Part shown: piece by piece, positions 19,756-28,825 of the stretch | Layout of the letters: every line of letters begins with the position of its first letter | Numbering within the stretch: position 1 is the stretch's first letter | NCBI GenBank assembly: GCA_038227875.1 | Contig: JBBRPR010000004.1 | Span: 1-64,000 of the forward strand | From: Planctomycetota bacterium | GTDB lineage: Bacteria; Planctomycetota; SZUA-567; H5-PLA8 | Length of the DNA: 64,000 bases | Direction of reading: 5' to 3' | The notes under the pieces: model-generated | Seen by the model: only the letters and a program-made list of their open reading frames with translations | Told to the model about the DNA's origin: nothing | The model's database searches: none | Program-made: the position numbers and the translations under genes

Positions 19756-20781
19756 TCACTCCTGCGAGAAAAACGCGGAGGCCATCATCGCTTCGATCAC
19801 TTCATCGTAGGCGAGGAATACCTTCAACCGCAGCCGGCATTGCGTTTCCAGCGTCTTCAGCACTTCCTTGGACAGCGGCTGAGCGACGGCAATGTAGACT
19901 TCCAGGCCGAACTGATTGAACGGCACGAAGCTGTGCGCTTTCATCATCTCAAGGGGGAAGGTGGTCTTCACCGTGTCGGGCAGCGTCACGTTCGCCAGGT
20001 CGACGATCGGCAGTCCCGTCTGCAGCGAGAGCGCGCGGCTGAGTTCCACTGGTGTAATCAGGCGTTGACGGACGAGGTAGCGGCCGAACTTCACCTTCGA
20101 CGAGCGCGCTTTTTCGTAGGCTTCGACGGCCTGCTTGGGTGTGATGCGACCCATGCGCATGAGGATCTCGCCGATCTTCATGCCGCGGTAGTTCGTGCCC
20201 GGCTTGTGCTTCGGAGTGGTCAATCCCTTCCAGAGACTGCGGGCGGCGTCGGCGAGCGTCTTGGGTTTTTGCGGCGTCGAGACCACGGGCGCGTCAAGCC
20301 GGCGCGTGGAGTCCGAGCGCTTCATCATCACCGTCGAACCGGTGGGCGGAACTTCCTGTATGGTTTCGACCGGTGCTTCAAACGGCTGGCGATCGCGGTG
20401 GCGGGAGTAGGCGCGGATGGCGCGTTGGATGGCGTCGAGCTGCATCGTATCGGGCTTGTGAAATTTGAGCCCGAAATCCAGCGCGTTCTCTTCGCTCAAG
20501 CGGATGTGGCGGACATCGGAATGGATCATGCAGCGCTGTGTGAGGCCCGGCGCGAGCACTTCGACGGAGATCAACTTTCCGGAGCTCATCAACTGGCGCC
20601 ACGCGGTGGAGGCGAAATCGTCGAGCGAACTGGTGTCCATCTTGCAGCGCGCGCCGCCTTCGCTGATATCAATCAGGATGCAATTGAGCGCCGGCATGAC
20701 CGGATGATGCAGACGGATAGTGCCGTCTCTGATTTTATACCGCGTGTTTCTTCTGAGTTCCTGAGTCGGCGACGTTGGCAT
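19756..20781 (-). CDS. PilZ domain + MshEN/GspE-N-like domain protein (putative c-di-GMP receptor)
   Basis: PilZ RRNTR and DISEGG motifs; KIGEILMRMGRIT...KFGRYLVRQRLITPVELSRALSLQ MshEN-like tandem motif; no ATPase domain. Confidence 0.8.
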   Translation of the reverse strand: MPTSPTQELRRNTRYKIRDGTIRLHHPVMPALNCILIDISEGGARCKMDTSSLDDFASTAWRQLMSSGKLISVEVLAPGLTQRCMIHSDVRHIRLSEENALDFGLKFHKPDTMQLDAIQRAIRAYSRHRDRQPFEAPVETIQEVPPTGSTVMMKRSDSTRRLDAPVVSTPQKPKTLADAARSLWKGLTTPKHKPGTNYRGMKIGEILMRMGRITPKQAVEAYEKARSSKVKFGRYLVRQRLITPVELSRALSLQTGLPIVDLANVTLPDTVKTTFPLEMMKAHSFVPFNQFGLEVYIAVAQPLSKEVLKTLETQCRLRLKVFLAYDEVIEAMMASAFFSQE

Positions 20782-21124
20782 CAGACCCCCCACGGGTTTT
20801 CGAACAGTTTTCTAACAAACGCGAACTTCGAACCGTTTGCAAATACATCGTCCGCCATTCGACATGCGACGTTCCATAATATTACAGCTAAAGAAGGTGG
20901 ATATGAGCGTTAAAAATGCCAACAAATCGTATTCTTGAATGCACGGGTGCAACGGTGGCCTTTTTCGTGGGAGTCCTGCCCATGAAACTACTTCAGACTT
21001 GACTTGAAAGCGGCAATCTGCGATTTACGACATATCAATCCTTTCCACGCATGCCGAAACGGATTTTTCTGCCTGCCTTTTACGTCCGCGCTCGCCGCGC
21101 CACCTCTAATAAGGAATTCCATTC

Positions 21125-23119
21125 ATGAGTGACAAGCTGTCGTGGGGCATCCTGGGAACAGGCAACATCGCCAAGACCTTTGCCAAAGGCGTCGCGGGTT
21201 CGAAATCAGGGAAAGTCGTTGCCGTCGGCAGCCGCTCGCAGGCCTCCGCCGATAAGTTCGCCGATCAGTTCAGCATTCCCAAACGACACGCCAGTTACGA
21301 AGCGCTGCTGGCCGACAAGGACGTGCAGGCCGTTTACATTGCGACGCCGCATCCGCTGCACGCCCAGTGGGCCATTGCCGCGGCCGAAGCGGGCAAGCAT
21401 ATCCTCTGCGAAAAACCGATCGGACTCAATCATCCCGAAGCGATGGCGATCGTCGAAGCCGCTCAACGCAACAAGGTCTTCCTGATGGAAGCGTTCATGT
21501 ACCGCTGCCATCCGCAGATTCAGAAAGTCGTGGAGCTGATCCGCGCCAAGGCCATTGGCGACGTCAAGATGATCCAGGCCACGTTCAGCTTTCATGCGGG
21601 CTTCAATCCGGAAGGCCGGCTCTTCGCCAACAAGCTCGCCGGCGGCGGCATTCTCGATGTCGGCTGCTATGCCACCTCGATCTCCCGGCTGGTGGCCGGC
21701 GCGGCGCTGGGCAAGGATTTCGCCGATCCCATCGGCGTGCGCGGCTTCGGCCACCTGGGCGCAAGCAACGTGGACGAGTACACGGCCGCGGTGCTGAAAT
21801 TCCCCGGCGACATCATCGCGCAGGTTTCCACTGGTGTCGCGCTGAACCAGGAGAACGTCGTCCGCATCTACGGCACGCAGGGCAACATCCTGATCAACGA
21901 TCCGTGGATTCCCAACCGCGACGGCGGCTCGACGAAAATCCGCCTGAACAAGAACGGCCAGGCGTCCGAAGAAATCACCTGCGAAACCAAGGACGGCCTG
22001 TATTCGCTGGAAGCCGACACCGTCGCCGCGAACGTGGCGCGCGGCCAGGCGCCTTCTCCGGCGATGAGCTGGGACGATACGCTGGGCAACATGAAGACCA
22101 TGGACCAGTGGCGCGAACAGATCGGGCTGGTCTACGACGCCGAATTGCCGGAAAATCTGAAGGTGCCGGTCTCAGGCAAGCCGCTGGCGGTGCGGAAGGA
22201 CGCGGAGATCAAGACCGGGAAGATCCCCGGCATCGACAAGCCCGTCTCGCGCTTGGTGATGGGCTGCGACAACCAGCCGACCGCCGCGCACGGCTTCGTG
22301 ATGTTCGACGATTTTTTCGAACGCGGCGGCAACACGTTCGATACCGCATTTGGTTATGGTGGCGGCAAATACGAAACGATGCTCGGCCAGTGGATCGGCG
22401 CGCGCAACCTGCGTGAAAAAGTCGTGGTGATCGGCAAGGGCGCGCACACGCCCAATTGCAATCCGAAGGCGCTCACCGATCAGCTGCTTATCAGCCTTGA
22501 ACGCCTGAAGACCAGCTACGTCGACGTCTACATGCTCCACCGCGACAACCTGGACATCCCCGTCGGCGAATTCATCGATGTGCTCAACGAACACAAGCGC
22601 GCCGGACGGATCAAGGTCTTCGGTGGATCCAACTGGAGCATCGAGCGCGTGCAGGCCGCCAACGATTATGCGAAGTCCAAGGGCCTGGCCGGATTTACGA
22701 CCGTGAGCAACAACTTCAGTCTCGCGCGGATGGTCAATCCCGTCTGGGCCGGCTGCATCGCCGCGTCGGATGCGAAGTCGCGCGAATGGTTCACGAAAAC
22801 GCAGACCGTATTGATGCCCTGGTCGAGCCAGGCGCGCGGCTTCTTCACTGATCGCGCCAATCCCAACGACACATCGGACAAGGAATTGGCCAATTCGTGG
22901 TACTCCGACGACAACTGGCAGCGCCGCGACCGTGTGATCGAGATGGCGAAGAAGAAAAACGTGCTGCCGATCAACATCGCGCTGGCGTACGTGCTCTGCC
23001 AGCCGTTCCCGACGTTCCCGCTGATCGGACCGCGCGTACTGGCCGAAACGCGCACGTCCGCGCCCGGCATGAGCATTGAGCTGACGCCCGCGGAGTTGAA
23101 GTGGTTGAATTTGGAGTGA
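21125..23119 (+). CDS. Gfo/Idh/MocA oxidoreductase fused to aldo/keto reductase
   Basis: WGILGTGNIA, HILCEKP, GGGILDVGCY; then FDTAFGYG, SLERLKTSYVDVYMLHRD, GGSNWS. Confidence 0.92.
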   Translation: MSDKLSWGILGTGNIAKTFAKGVAGSKSGKVVAVGSRSQASADKFADQFSIPKRHASYEALLADKDVQAVYIATPHPLHAQWAIAAAEAGKHILCEKPIGLNHPEAMAIVEAAQRNKVFLMEAFMYRCHPQIQKVVELIRAKAIGDVKMIQATFSFHAGFNPEGRLFANKLAGGGILDVGCYATSISRLVAGAALGKDFADPIGVRGFGHLGASNVDEYTAAVLKFPGDIIAQVSTGVALNQENVVRIYGTQGNILINDPWIPNRDGGSTKIRLNKNGQASEEITCETKDGLYSLEADTVAANVARGQAPSPAMSWDDTLGNMKTMDQWREQIGLVYDAELPENLKVPVSGKPLAVRKDAEIKTGKIPGIDKPVSRLVMGCDNQPTAAHGFVMFDDFFERGGNTFDTAFGYGGGKYETMLGQWIGARNLREKVVVIGKGAHTPNCNPKALTDQLLISLERLKTSYVDVYMLHRDNLDIPVGEFIDVLNEHKRAGRIKVFGGSNWSIERVQAANDYAKSKGLAGFTTVSNNFSLARMVNPVWAGCIAASDAKSREWFTKTQTVLMPWSSQARGFFTDRANPNDTSDKELANSWYSDDNWQRRDRVIEMAKKKNVLPINIALAYVLCQPFPTFPLIGPRVLAETRTSAPGMSIELTPAELKWLNLE

Positions 23120-23352
23120 GGTGTTTGGGCGAATAAGAATGGTGGCTTCGGTGCGCCGCGGAAAGCGGCGCACCGACCCCATTGCAGGACTATCATAGAA
23201 CTCTACTAAACACGACTCTCCAGAATTTTGCTATCCATTCGCAAGAAATCAGCCCATCTTTCATCTAGAGTGTCGATTATCTAAATTCTCCCCATAAATT
23301 TATCCTCAATTCCACCAAATAAATTAACGCTTCGATCCTAAAGATGGAATTT

Positions 23353-23382
23353 TTGACAAAGCTAACCTTCATGTTGTACATT
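23353..23382 (+). promoter_or_regulatory. Sigma70-type promoter upstream of mini-AlaRS
   Basis: TTGACA (23353-58)-N18-TACATT (23377-82). Confidence 0.65.
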
Positions 23383-23398
23383 GTCTTGGTCGCCCGGC

Positions 23399-24322
23399 AT
23401 GAGGCTGGGCATTTCAAGGAGGTTGCACTATGTCAGTGCTAAACGCATCGAAGATGTAGTCCGGAAGCAATTTGAGCTTTCCGGTTTTCCGTTTGTCGTT
23501 GATCAGAATGTAATTCCCGAAGACGATTCCACCCTGTTCATCTGCTCCGGCATGCAGCGCTTGAAGCAGCGATTCCTACAGCCGGACGGTGGCAAATACG
23601 GTTCCCTCCAATCCTGCATCCGCACCAGCGACCTCGAACACGTCGGCGACGGTTCGCATTTAACCTATTTCGAAATGGTCGGAAACTTTTCCTTCGGCCG
23701 CAATGATTACGAGGTTTCCGTCGACCTCTGGGATCGCATTCTGCGCGAGCTCCGCGTTCCGGTCAGCCACGTCAACGTTCATCCATCCAGAGTTGATCAC
23801 CGGAAATTGTGGACAAGTCGCGGCCACCTCGTGAGAGACTGCGAGGAATGCGAATGGACCGACGGCGACATCGGCGGCCAGTGTTGCGAAGTATTTTTTG
23901 ACGGACTTGAAATTGGGAACCTGGTCAATCCGCTCGGGCATTCCACGGACGTGGGGTTCGGTTGGGAACGCCTTCATATGCTGGTCGAGGGCAAGCGCTC
24001 CGTCGGCGATACGAGTTTGTTCCGACAGGATCTCCATCCCATTGTGTCAGACCACATCCGCACTCTAACCGTGCTGTGGAGGAACGGCGTCCGGCCCGGA
24101 GGAAAAGGGCGCGGCGGAATCTGCAGGCGTTTGCTGCGCAGAATTCTCGATCATGAACTTCCGTCAACCGAGTTCGATCACTGGATTGAGCAGGAGAGAA
24201 AGCTGCGTGAAGATCGAATTCGCAGTGCGAGGCGATGCTGGAAGCGATTCCGGAATCGGCCGCCGCAGTTCTGGCTGGACACGTTTGGAATCATGCCGGA
24301 GGAGATTCGATTATTAAGCTGA
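23399..24322 (+). CDS. Truncated alanine--tRNA ligase-like protein (aminoacylation core only); start uncertain
   Basis: DDSTLFICSGMQ, motif 2 QSCIRTSDLEHVGDGSHLTYFEMVGNFSFG, LEIGNLV, motif 3 DVGFGWERL, SDHIRT..GVRPGGKGRG..RRLLRR; no editing or C-Ala domain. Confidence 0.88.
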   Translation: MRLGISRRLHYVSAKRIEDVVRKQFELSGFPFVVDQNVIPEDDSTLFICSGMQRLKQRFLQPDGGKYGSLQSCIRTSDLEHVGDGSHLTYFEMVGNFSFGRNDYEVSVDLWDRILRELRVPVSHVNVHPSRVDHRKLWTSRGHLVRDCEECEWTDGDIGGQCCEVFFDGLEIGNLVNPLGHSTDVGFGWERLHMLVEGKRSVGDTSLFRQDLHPIVSDHIRTLTVLWRNGVRPGGKGRGGICRRLLRRILDHELPSTEFDHWIEQERKLREDRIRSARRCWKRFRNRPPQFWLDTFGIMPEEIRLLS

Positions 24323-24598
24323 CGATCTGCGCTGTGCACTTCGCCGGCCTCGAAATTCGGGGCTGGCGGAGGCCGGCGGGACACGAAATTCACACGCCAT
24401 GCAGTTTGTTAAATAACAACATAACAGCGCCTAAAAGCGGCCGTCTTCTCAATTAATCCATTTCCTACTAACACGTTAAACATACGAATCCTATTTCTCC
24501 GACACACTTCCTTATTACGAACTTAATACGGAAGTGGTCTGATGCTTTCGATACTTAGTGCGGGACCACCTCGATCGCACTGCGTAGAGGAGAGCCAC

Positions 24599-25420
24599 AT
24601 GAGTAAGACCTATTACCGCTCGATCTGGATATCCGACATGCATCTGTGTTCGCGCGATTGTCGCGTCGAACATCTCTTGAGCTTCCTCGAACATACCAAA
24701 TGCGAGTACCTCTATCTCGTCGGAGATTTTATCGACGTCTGGCAGCTCCGCCGCCGCTGGTACTGGCCGCAGTCGCTCAACAATATCATCCACCGCGTGC
24801 TGGCCAAGTCGCGCAAAGGGGCGAAGGTCACGTACATCCCCGGCAACCACGATGAACTCTTCCGCAACTTCGCCGGCTGCGAATTTGGCGGCGTCAAGAT
24901 CCGCATGAAAGTCGTTCACATCACCGCCGACGGCCGGCGGCTGCTGGTCATGCATGGCGATGAATTCGACGTGATCGTGCAGTGCAACAAGTGGCTGGCC
25001 CTCCTCGGCAGCGCGGCCTACGACTACCTGGTACTGCTCAACCGCGTCCTCAACGTCTTCCGCCGCCGCCTGAACCTGCCCTACTGGTCGCTCTCCGCGG
25101 CGATCAAACGAAAGGTCAAGAACGCCGTGAAGTACGTCGGCAGCTTCGAAACCGCGATGGTCCGCGAAGCGAAGAAGCAGAATGTCGACGGGATTGTCTG
25201 CGGTCATATTCACTGCCCGGTGATCAAGGACATCGACGGGCTGCTCTACTGCAACACCGGCGACTGGGTCGAGAACTGTACGGCAATCGTCGAAACGGTC
25301 GAAGGCGACATCAAGATCGTGAACTGGCTGGACGAATGGGACGAAAAGACGCCGCCGCCGGCGGAGGTCGAGGAAGAAGAGCACGCGGATCTCTCGGAGC
25401 TACTCGTTACGGTGCAATGA
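24599..25420 (+). CDS. Metallophosphoesterase, PlcP / UDP-2,3-diacylglucosamine diphosphatase-like
   Basis: ISDMHL, LVGDFID.W, WYWPQ, PGNHD, HGDEFD, YWSLS, CGHIH, NTGDWVE. Confidence 0.88.
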   Translation: MSKTYYRSIWISDMHLCSRDCRVEHLLSFLEHTKCEYLYLVGDFIDVWQLRRRWYWPQSLNNIIHRVLAKSRKGAKVTYIPGNHDELFRNFAGCEFGGVKIRMKVVHITADGRRLLVMHGDEFDVIVQCNKWLALLGSAAYDYLVLLNRVLNVFRRRLNLPYWSLSAAIKRKVKNAVKYVGSFETAMVREAKKQNVDGIVCGHIHCPVIKDIDGLLYCNTGDWVENCTAIVETVEGDIKIVNWLDEWDEKTPPPAEVEEEEHADLSELLVTVQ

Positions 25421-26643
25421 TTATTATACCCCGAAAGTTTCTCACGTTATCGCTGAAAGTCGGCGCCGGGCATCTCCGCGCCGCGCAGGCCACGGAAGTC
25501 GCGATCCGCGAGCGCTACGACGATGCGGAGACCGCGCATTTCGATGTCCTCGACCTGACCACGCGCTTCTACCGTAGCATGTTCACCACGATGTACGGCG
25601 CGATGATCGCGCGGTTTCCGTTCGCGTGGAAAACGATTTACGAGCAGACGCGCAAGCAGAAGCTCACTGGTTTCTCCAAGCGCAGTGCGGCGTGGCTGAC
25701 AGCGCGCAATTCGCGCCCGCTCATGAAGGCCATCGACGATTACGCTCCCGATGTCATTATCTGCACGCATTTCACGGCGGCTGAGGCCGTAGCTTCTGCC
25801 CGGCTCCGCAAGGAACTGGCCATTCCCGTCTGCGTCGTGCTGACCGATTACGATCTCCATTCCGCGTGGCTGCACCGCGGCGTCGATTGTTATTGCGTCG
25901 GGACTGAGCAGATGGCTGCGGACCTCCGCCGCCTTGAACTTTTTGGAGCTGACATTCACGTCACGGGTATTCCCATTCATCCCGTGTTCGCGCAGGAATT
26001 TCCCCACCGCCAGGAGATGCGCACGCAGTTGAAGCTCGACCCGGAAGCGCCGACGATCCTGATCACCGGCGGCGGCTGTGGTCTGGGTGCGCTGCACGAC
26101 AACGCGCGAATTCTGCTCCAGAATTTTAAGTCTGCGCAGATCATCGCCGTGGCCGGCGGCAATGAGCAGATGCGTCTGCAGCTCGAAGGACTGTCGCGCG
26201 AGTGTCCGCGCCTGATCGCGCGCGGTTACGTTTCGAACATGCATGAATACATGGCGGCCAGCGATCTGATCGTGACCAAGCCCGGCGGCCTGACGTCCAG
26301 CGAGTGTTTGGCGATGGGATTGCCGGCGGTGGTCAGCCGCCCGATTCCGGGACAAGAAGAGCACAACTGTGAATACCTGGTTTCGAATCAGGTGGCGCTG
26401 CGCGCGCGGAATACGCCGGAGCTGCTGGTCTCCGTGCGTGCGCTGCTCGAGGACGAAGGCCTGCGCCACTACATGAGCGCGCGGGCGCGGAGCCTGGCCA
26501 AACGCCGCGCCGCATTCAGCGTCGCGGAGATCGCGTGGGATTTGACTACGCATCCGGACAAGGCCGACACGCGTCCCGTTCCCGCGCCGCTGGTGGTGCC
26601 TCCCGGAAGCGTGACGCCCGTCGCGTTGGAACGGACGGCGTAG
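25417..26643 (+). CDS. GT28 MGDG-synthase/UgtP-like diacylglycerol glycosyltransferase
   Basis: GAGHLRAA, ICTHF, LTDYDLH..W, TGIPI, TKPGGLTSSE, PIPGQEEHN; ATGA overlap with the upstream gene. Confidence 0.9.
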   Translation: MIIIPRKFLTLSLKVGAGHLRAAQATEVAIRERYDDAETAHFDVLDLTTRFYRSMFTTMYGAMIARFPFAWKTIYEQTRKQKLTGFSKRSAAWLTARNSRPLMKAIDDYAPDVIICTHFTAAEAVASARLRKELAIPVCVVLTDYDLHSAWLHRGVDCYCVGTEQMAADLRRLELFGADIHVTGIPIHPVFAQEFPHRQEMRTQLKLDPEAPTILITGGGCGLGALHDNARILLQNFKSAQIIAVAGGNEQMRLQLEGLSRECPRLIARGYVSNMHEYMAASDLIVTKPGGLTSSECLAMGLPAVVSRPIPGQEEHNCEYLVSNQVALRARNTPELLVSVRALLEDEGLRHYMSARARSLAKRRAAFSVAEIAWDLTTHPDKADTRPVPAPLVVPPGSVTPVALERTA

Positions 26644-26705
26644 CCGCGATGGCGCCGCGGATTTGGATGGCGGCGCACTGGTATTCGCTCCTATAATCGC
26701 TCTGC

Positions 26706-27026
26706 ATGAGCGACACCGCCAAGCGCCGCCGGTTTCAGTTTCATCTCTTGACCGCGATTCTATTGATATTTGCTTTGGGGTTTGATCTATTGCTCTGGAA
26801 CCATTCGACCAACCTTGTCGAATTTCAGTCTGGTGATAACGGTACTGCATACTCAAACGATTTTGGATTTCCAATCAGCTTCTACTGGCACGATAAGTTC
26901 AGGTGGAACGATTCGCGGACACTTTTGGCGGTTTTCGTGAATCTACCCGTTCACGTTTGGTCGCTCTCGGTACTTGTGATCGCCTGTGAGCTTATTCTCC
27001 GTCACCGCAATGCCCGCAAACATTAG
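26706..27026 (+). CDS. Small two-TM protein, HL[LS]T...GxP...NL-x14-E family, copy A
   Basis: RRRFQFHLLTAILL, FGFP, NLPVHVWSLSVLVIACE; TATAAT 8 nt before the ATG; AT-richer than neighbours. Confidence 0.75.
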   Translation: MSDTAKRRRFQFHLLTAILLIFALGFDLLLWNHSTNLVEFQSGDNGTAYSNDFGFPISFYWHDKFRWNDSRTLLAVFVNLPVHVWSLSVLVIACELILRHRNARKH

Positions 27027-27041
27027 GCTCGGCCGCAAGCG

Positions 27042-28370
27042 TCAGTCTACCGCGCGCAGGATCGCCGCCGCCGCGCGTTGGCCGCTTTTGATTGCGCCGT
27101 GGACGGTGCCGGAATCGCCGTCGGAGTCGGTGGCTTCGCCGGCGAAATAGAGCGTTCCATCGATGGGGCGGCGGAGTTGCTTTGGCGCTTCCATCGCTCC
27201 GGCGGGGACGTAACTGTAGGCGCCGCGCGCGAACGGATCGGCGCTCCAGTTGTGATAGTGCCAGGACGCCAAATGCTGCTCCGCGTGGCGATACGTTGTG
27301 CCGAAGATCCGGGCCAGCGATTTCAAGGCGAGCGTTTTGAGGTCGGCGGATTTCCACCGCGCGAGCTTCTCGCCGCGAGGACCGGCCGTCCACGCGGTGA
27401 TCACCGGCGTGCAGGACGGAAACGCTGTCCACCACGCCAGGAAGTCGTCGCCCGGAGCGTGAATGAAGCCGATGCGCGTCAAGTCCAGGCCGTGTTTCTT
27501 CATCATCAGCGGCTCCTGCCAGAATGCTTCCTTGAAGCGCAGCACCACGCGGACGACCGTGCCCATTGCCAGCGCGTCGATGGCGTGGCGATGCGTCGCG
27601 GGCAATTCCGGATCGAACCGCACGCCTCCGGCTTGCAACACGCCCAGCGGCAGCGTGATGATCGCGCGCCGTGCGCGCAGTACTGGCAATCGCTTGCCTG
27701 ACGTGAAGCGGGTTTGAATCTCCGCCGTGCCGCGCGACCATGCGATTTTCTCCACGACCGTGTTCAGACGCAGTGTCGCGCGCTGAGGCGGAAGCTGGTC
27801 GCAGAGGAACTGCAGAAATGGCGCATACCCGTTGACGAGACGGTACGAGCGGTCGCCATCGTCAGCTTCGGACGTGGCTTCGGCCTGCATCAGCGCGGCC
27901 ACGCCGATGCGGTCGATGCGCGCGGCGTGAAAACCTTCGACGTAGGAGATCGCGGCGCGGCGCGCTTTCGCCAGTTTCGGTCCGGCGCAGTGGCGCTTGA
28001 GGAATTCGGCGAACGTCATGCGGTCTTCTGAATGGCGCATGCGCTGGAAGACCTTCTCCACTTCCGACCACATGTCGCCAGGATGTTGCAGCACACGACC
28101 CGTCATCAGCAGATGGCGGTCGGGGATGTCGACGACCGTCAGCCCGGATTCGCGCAGCAGAGGCCAGCTCGCGTTGATCCGGCCGTGGACGAATTCGGCC
28201 CCGAGCTCCACGGCGGTATGTGGAGTGGGGTAATGCGTCAGCACGCGGCCGCCGATGCGGTCGCGCGCTTCAAGGATGACGACGCGCTTTCCCCGCGCGG
28301 TCAATTCCCGCGCTGCGGAAAGACCAGCGGCGCCTGCGCCGACGATGAGGACATCGGTTTGGGTTTTCAT
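27042..28370 (-). CDS. Flavin monoamine oxidase family FAD-dependent oxidoreductase
   Basis: IVGAGAAGLSAA, LEARDRIGGR, ELGAEFVHG, WSADPFARGAYS, LYFAGEAT, TVHGAIKSG. Confidence 0.93.
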   Translation of the reverse strand: MKTQTDVLIVGAGAAGLSAARELTARGKRVVILEARDRIGGRVLTHYPTPHTAVELGAEFVHGRINASWPLLRESGLTVVDIPDRHLLMTGRVLQHPGDMWSEVEKVFQRMRHSEDRMTFAEFLKRHCAGPKLAKARRAAISYVEGFHAARIDRIGVAALMQAEATSEADDGDRSYRLVNGYAPFLQFLCDQLPPQRATLRLNTVVEKIAWSRGTAEIQTRFTSGKRLPVLRARRAIITLPLGVLQAGGVRFDPELPATHRHAIDALAMGTVVRVVLRFKEAFWQEPLMMKKHGLDLTRIGFIHAPGDDFLAWWTAFPSCTPVITAWTAGPRGEKLARWKSADLKTLALKSLARIFGTTYRHAEQHLASWHYHNWSADPFARGAYSYVPAGAMEAPKQLRRPIDGTLYFAGEATDSDGDSGTVHGAIKSGQRAAAAILRAVD

Positions 28371-28453
28371 GAAAGTATCGCGATTCCGGCCCGTTGAATG
28401 AAATGAACGCGTCGTGCTGACTTGTTTTAGCAGGCGGTCGAGGGATACAAGCG

Positions 28454-28825
28454 ATGAAGTTGCCGCGTGTACATCTTTTAACCGCGGTCCTGATTCAAAT
28501 CGAACTGGCTGCGGTCGTGGGGCTCAACGCGGTTTCGTACGTTCGTAACGATCTTGCGAATGCCAATGAACCTGGGCCACGATGGCATGTGTATGGTCGA
28601 CCATTCATGGTGTACGCGATTGCATTTCAGTGTTCCGGCGAAATGGGCGGCCACGATCCGGAATACACGCGTTGGGATTATTTCGAATGCTCGCGCGAAG
28701 TCTACTTCGTGCCGATGGCGATGGGTTTCAATCTGGCCCTCGCGGCGGGCCTTGTGTCTGTCACATACATGCTTTGTGAACGTAAGTTATCACCTGCATG
28801 TCGCACAGTCTGGATTCGCCACTAA
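28454..28825 (+). CDS. Small two-TM protein family, copy B
   Basis: RVHLLTAVLI, YGRP, NLALAAGLVSVTYMLCE; 3' end overlaps the ThiF gene by 36 bp. Confidence 0.7.
   Translation: MKLPRVHLLTAVLIQIELAAVVGLNAVSYVRNDLANANEPGPRWHVYGRPFMVYAIAFQCSGEMGGHDPEYTRWDYFECSREVYFVPMAMGFNLALAAGLVSVTYMLCERKLSPACRTVWIRH

Noticed and set aside
23193..23264. Minus-strand peptide MKDGLISCEWIAKFWRVVFSRVL resembling the two-TM family tail
   Set aside because: No preceding hydrophobic helix or NL motif; likely chance.
24982..25416. N-terminal extension of the 553-aa glycosyltransferase ORF
   Set aside because: Overlaps the phosphoesterase in another frame; the ATGA-coupled start at 25417 fits GT28.
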